From Rhynchobatus australiae (taxonomy: Eukaryota), in assembly GCA_034780895.1 (NCBI GenBank), contig JAUZTB010000062.1, positions 16,992,978 through 17,056,977 on the forward strand: 64,000 nt of DNA, read 5' to 3'. Positions 61,801 through 64,000 of this stretch are shown piece after piece. Position numbers and translations under genes: made by a program. A model generated the notes under the pieces. The model had not been told where the DNA came from, ran no database searches, and saw only the letters and a list, made by a program, of their open reading frames with translations. The stretch's first letter is position 1. Each line of letters begins with the position of its first letter.

Positions 61801-64000
61801 CTTGCTGGATGCCACAGGACCAGACTATATTGAGCTTTAGACAAGTATTGGGGCCCATGCATAAATTTTCACAGCACCTACATATATTTCAGGTGTGCAC
61901 TGGGCACCTATTTATTTTGTCTACAACAATCCAGAAAGTGGCACACTTCTGCTTTGTAACGTGCACATTTCTTGCCTGCCATATTGGAGGCTTAGTCACT
62001 TAGTTAATGCTTAGGTGAAATCACACAGCCTTTCAGAATTTCTGGGCCAATGTCTGTAAAATAAAAAATCTCCAAAATAACAAAGTGCCACAACATTAAA
62101 AGCACAATCGTGGGATTTAATTGATGAAGTAAAACAGCACAGTTCAGTGTACGAGAGTATTACAGATGGTCAAGACATTGCAATCAACACCATATTCCCC
62201 AAAGCACTATTGTTGTCTTCTGTGTGTGTTTTTCTTCTGAGAGGAATGGCTATAATATTGTAATTTCTAAAACTAAACCATCACGTTTTAACCTTTTAGT
62301 TGCCTCATTCACTCCCTGCAGCAAATGTTATTCTGAGGTATTAAAGTCAGTTGTAAAGCATTGCCTGAAACTTTTGCTTTTATGGTGTCACTGTGATGCT
62401 CAGAAGACAGAAAGGGTTTTTGGAAGAGCAGAGAGGAATTTTAGAAGGTCACATTAACTGTTTGTGCCATATCGTTCTACAGTGTGATGGGCCTGGAATT
62501 TTCCTCTCTGAGGTGGAGAGGATCTTTGCTGAGAAAGCCAGACACAGTATTGTGCATCCCCTTGTCACCAGTTACTGAGCACACTGGCTGTCTTAGAAGA
62601 GGATGTCTATTCAGCCTCTCACCTGAGAAACGGAGAAAAAAAATCTGCATTAAATGGGGCAAAAAAACAAAGGAGTTAGTTTCTATCCTTTGGGATCCAT
62701 GTTTATACTCATAAAGCTAGCACTGATGATTTCTCCTCTCAGGATCATGATTGTTTTTGACTACTACAAGGAGTCAATTTGGTATCCACACACCTGTCAC
62801 TTTTTCTTGGCATTAACACAGGTTTACTTCAGTAATTTTGATCTGTCTATGATGCCTATCAATAAAATGCAGGCAAAATTCCCGTTGTTAAGAATTATTC
62901 CAGTTCAATGATGCCTCATTATGGCAGGAAGGTCCATTTTCATCTTCAACTTGTTTCCAGACATGGGTGTGTTAGTAGAGCTTTTTGATTGCAGTATGAC
63001 ATGAAGAGTGAGTTCAGCAGAGCTGGGCAAGCTGCTGGAAGAGAGAGGTGGAGTGGGGAGGAAGAGCTTTCAGCAGGAAGCAATCCTTGCCTGGGCCATC
63101 TACACAAGGCTCAGCAAGGAGCAATGTGTGTGAAGCCTACACATGAACAAAACCATTAAAACATATCTGCAGGCATGTAAGGATAAACCTAGGGTTGGAT
63201 TTTGCTGATGTGGCTCATTGCTTGTGCTTGCTGTTGAGATGAATTTGAACTATTCAGTCACCCAGTTCATTCTCAAGAGGGCTGGACTTGTTGAATGGTA
63301 AGTCCACATCCTAAATGGTGAGGCTCTGCATGGCTGCAGGCTTTTGTGGACATTACTGCTGTCATGTGGGCTGGATAGAACAAACCCCACCCATAAAATA
63401 GCTGAAGAGGCCTCTGACAAATGGCAACATTCAATTTGCCTTCAAAAATAGATGAAAATTCATATCAATTGTAGACAGGTTCGAGGAAGCACTGGATTTT
63501 GATGAAACATGGGAAAGAGTAGGTTTTAGAGTTTGAAAGAAAGCTGATGAAGTTGACGACTCTGTGGTAAAATGCCCAGGAGGATAGTAAATCTACACTG
63601 TTGTTTACAGTGTAGCTGCAAGGAGCTGAATACAACAGGGAGTAAGACAGAAACAAGTCATGGGAAAAAACATCCACTCTTCAGAACAAGACACGTTACA
63701 AGAAATACCGAGTCCATCCCTTTCGCAGCTTACTTTGCCACACATGGGGCTGCCAAGAACATCATTTGGATATGGTAATTTTTAATCATCCTCATCTCAG
63801 CTAGATAGAGTTTGATTTTCTTTGAGATTTGATTTTAACCTTATATCTAATAAGGTTCATTATCTAAGTATTCATAAATTTGATTGCAAAAACCTGATTT
63901 CCACTGGGATTCACATTTCTTTGGTCTATTGAGAGAAACTAAGTGAATTAATTCATCCAGGACAGATACATTTGGAAAGACCTAGCTCCTTATGGAAAAG

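Overview
Eukaryotic, AT-rich, CpG-depleted non-coding DNA from a gapped draft assembly. It has many N runs, several exactly 100 N or 10 N, some with duplicated flanks. The repeat content points to a cartilaginous fish (shark or ray; inference): CR1/HER1-like LINE fragments, HE1/V-SINE-type tRNA SINEs, Rex1/Babar-like, RTE and Tx1 LINE ends, Penelope-derived hairpin elements and a DeuSINE-like tail. I found no intact host protein-coding exon, tRNA, rRNA or CRISPR array. The recognisable ORFs are broken transposon fragments, and the long ORFs in the track just run through N gaps. Most notable: (1) a partly duplicated fossil PIF/Harbinger element with traces of both its DDE transposase and its Myb/SANT partner ORF; (2) about nine Penelope-derived elements, several foldback palindromes, carrying degenerate minimal hammerhead-ribozyme cores; (3) two solo LTRs with clean target-site duplications; (4) a SINE-like head joined to a LINE endonuclease start; (5) a nested CR1/Tx1/Rex cluster; (6) a V-SINE whose tail resembles the local Rex-type LINE tail; (7) a few repeat-free, motif-rich stretches that may be enhancers. 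All family assignments are by eye from remembered motifs, not database searches, and boundaries of old repeats are approximate. I see no strong evidence for a wholly new biological system.
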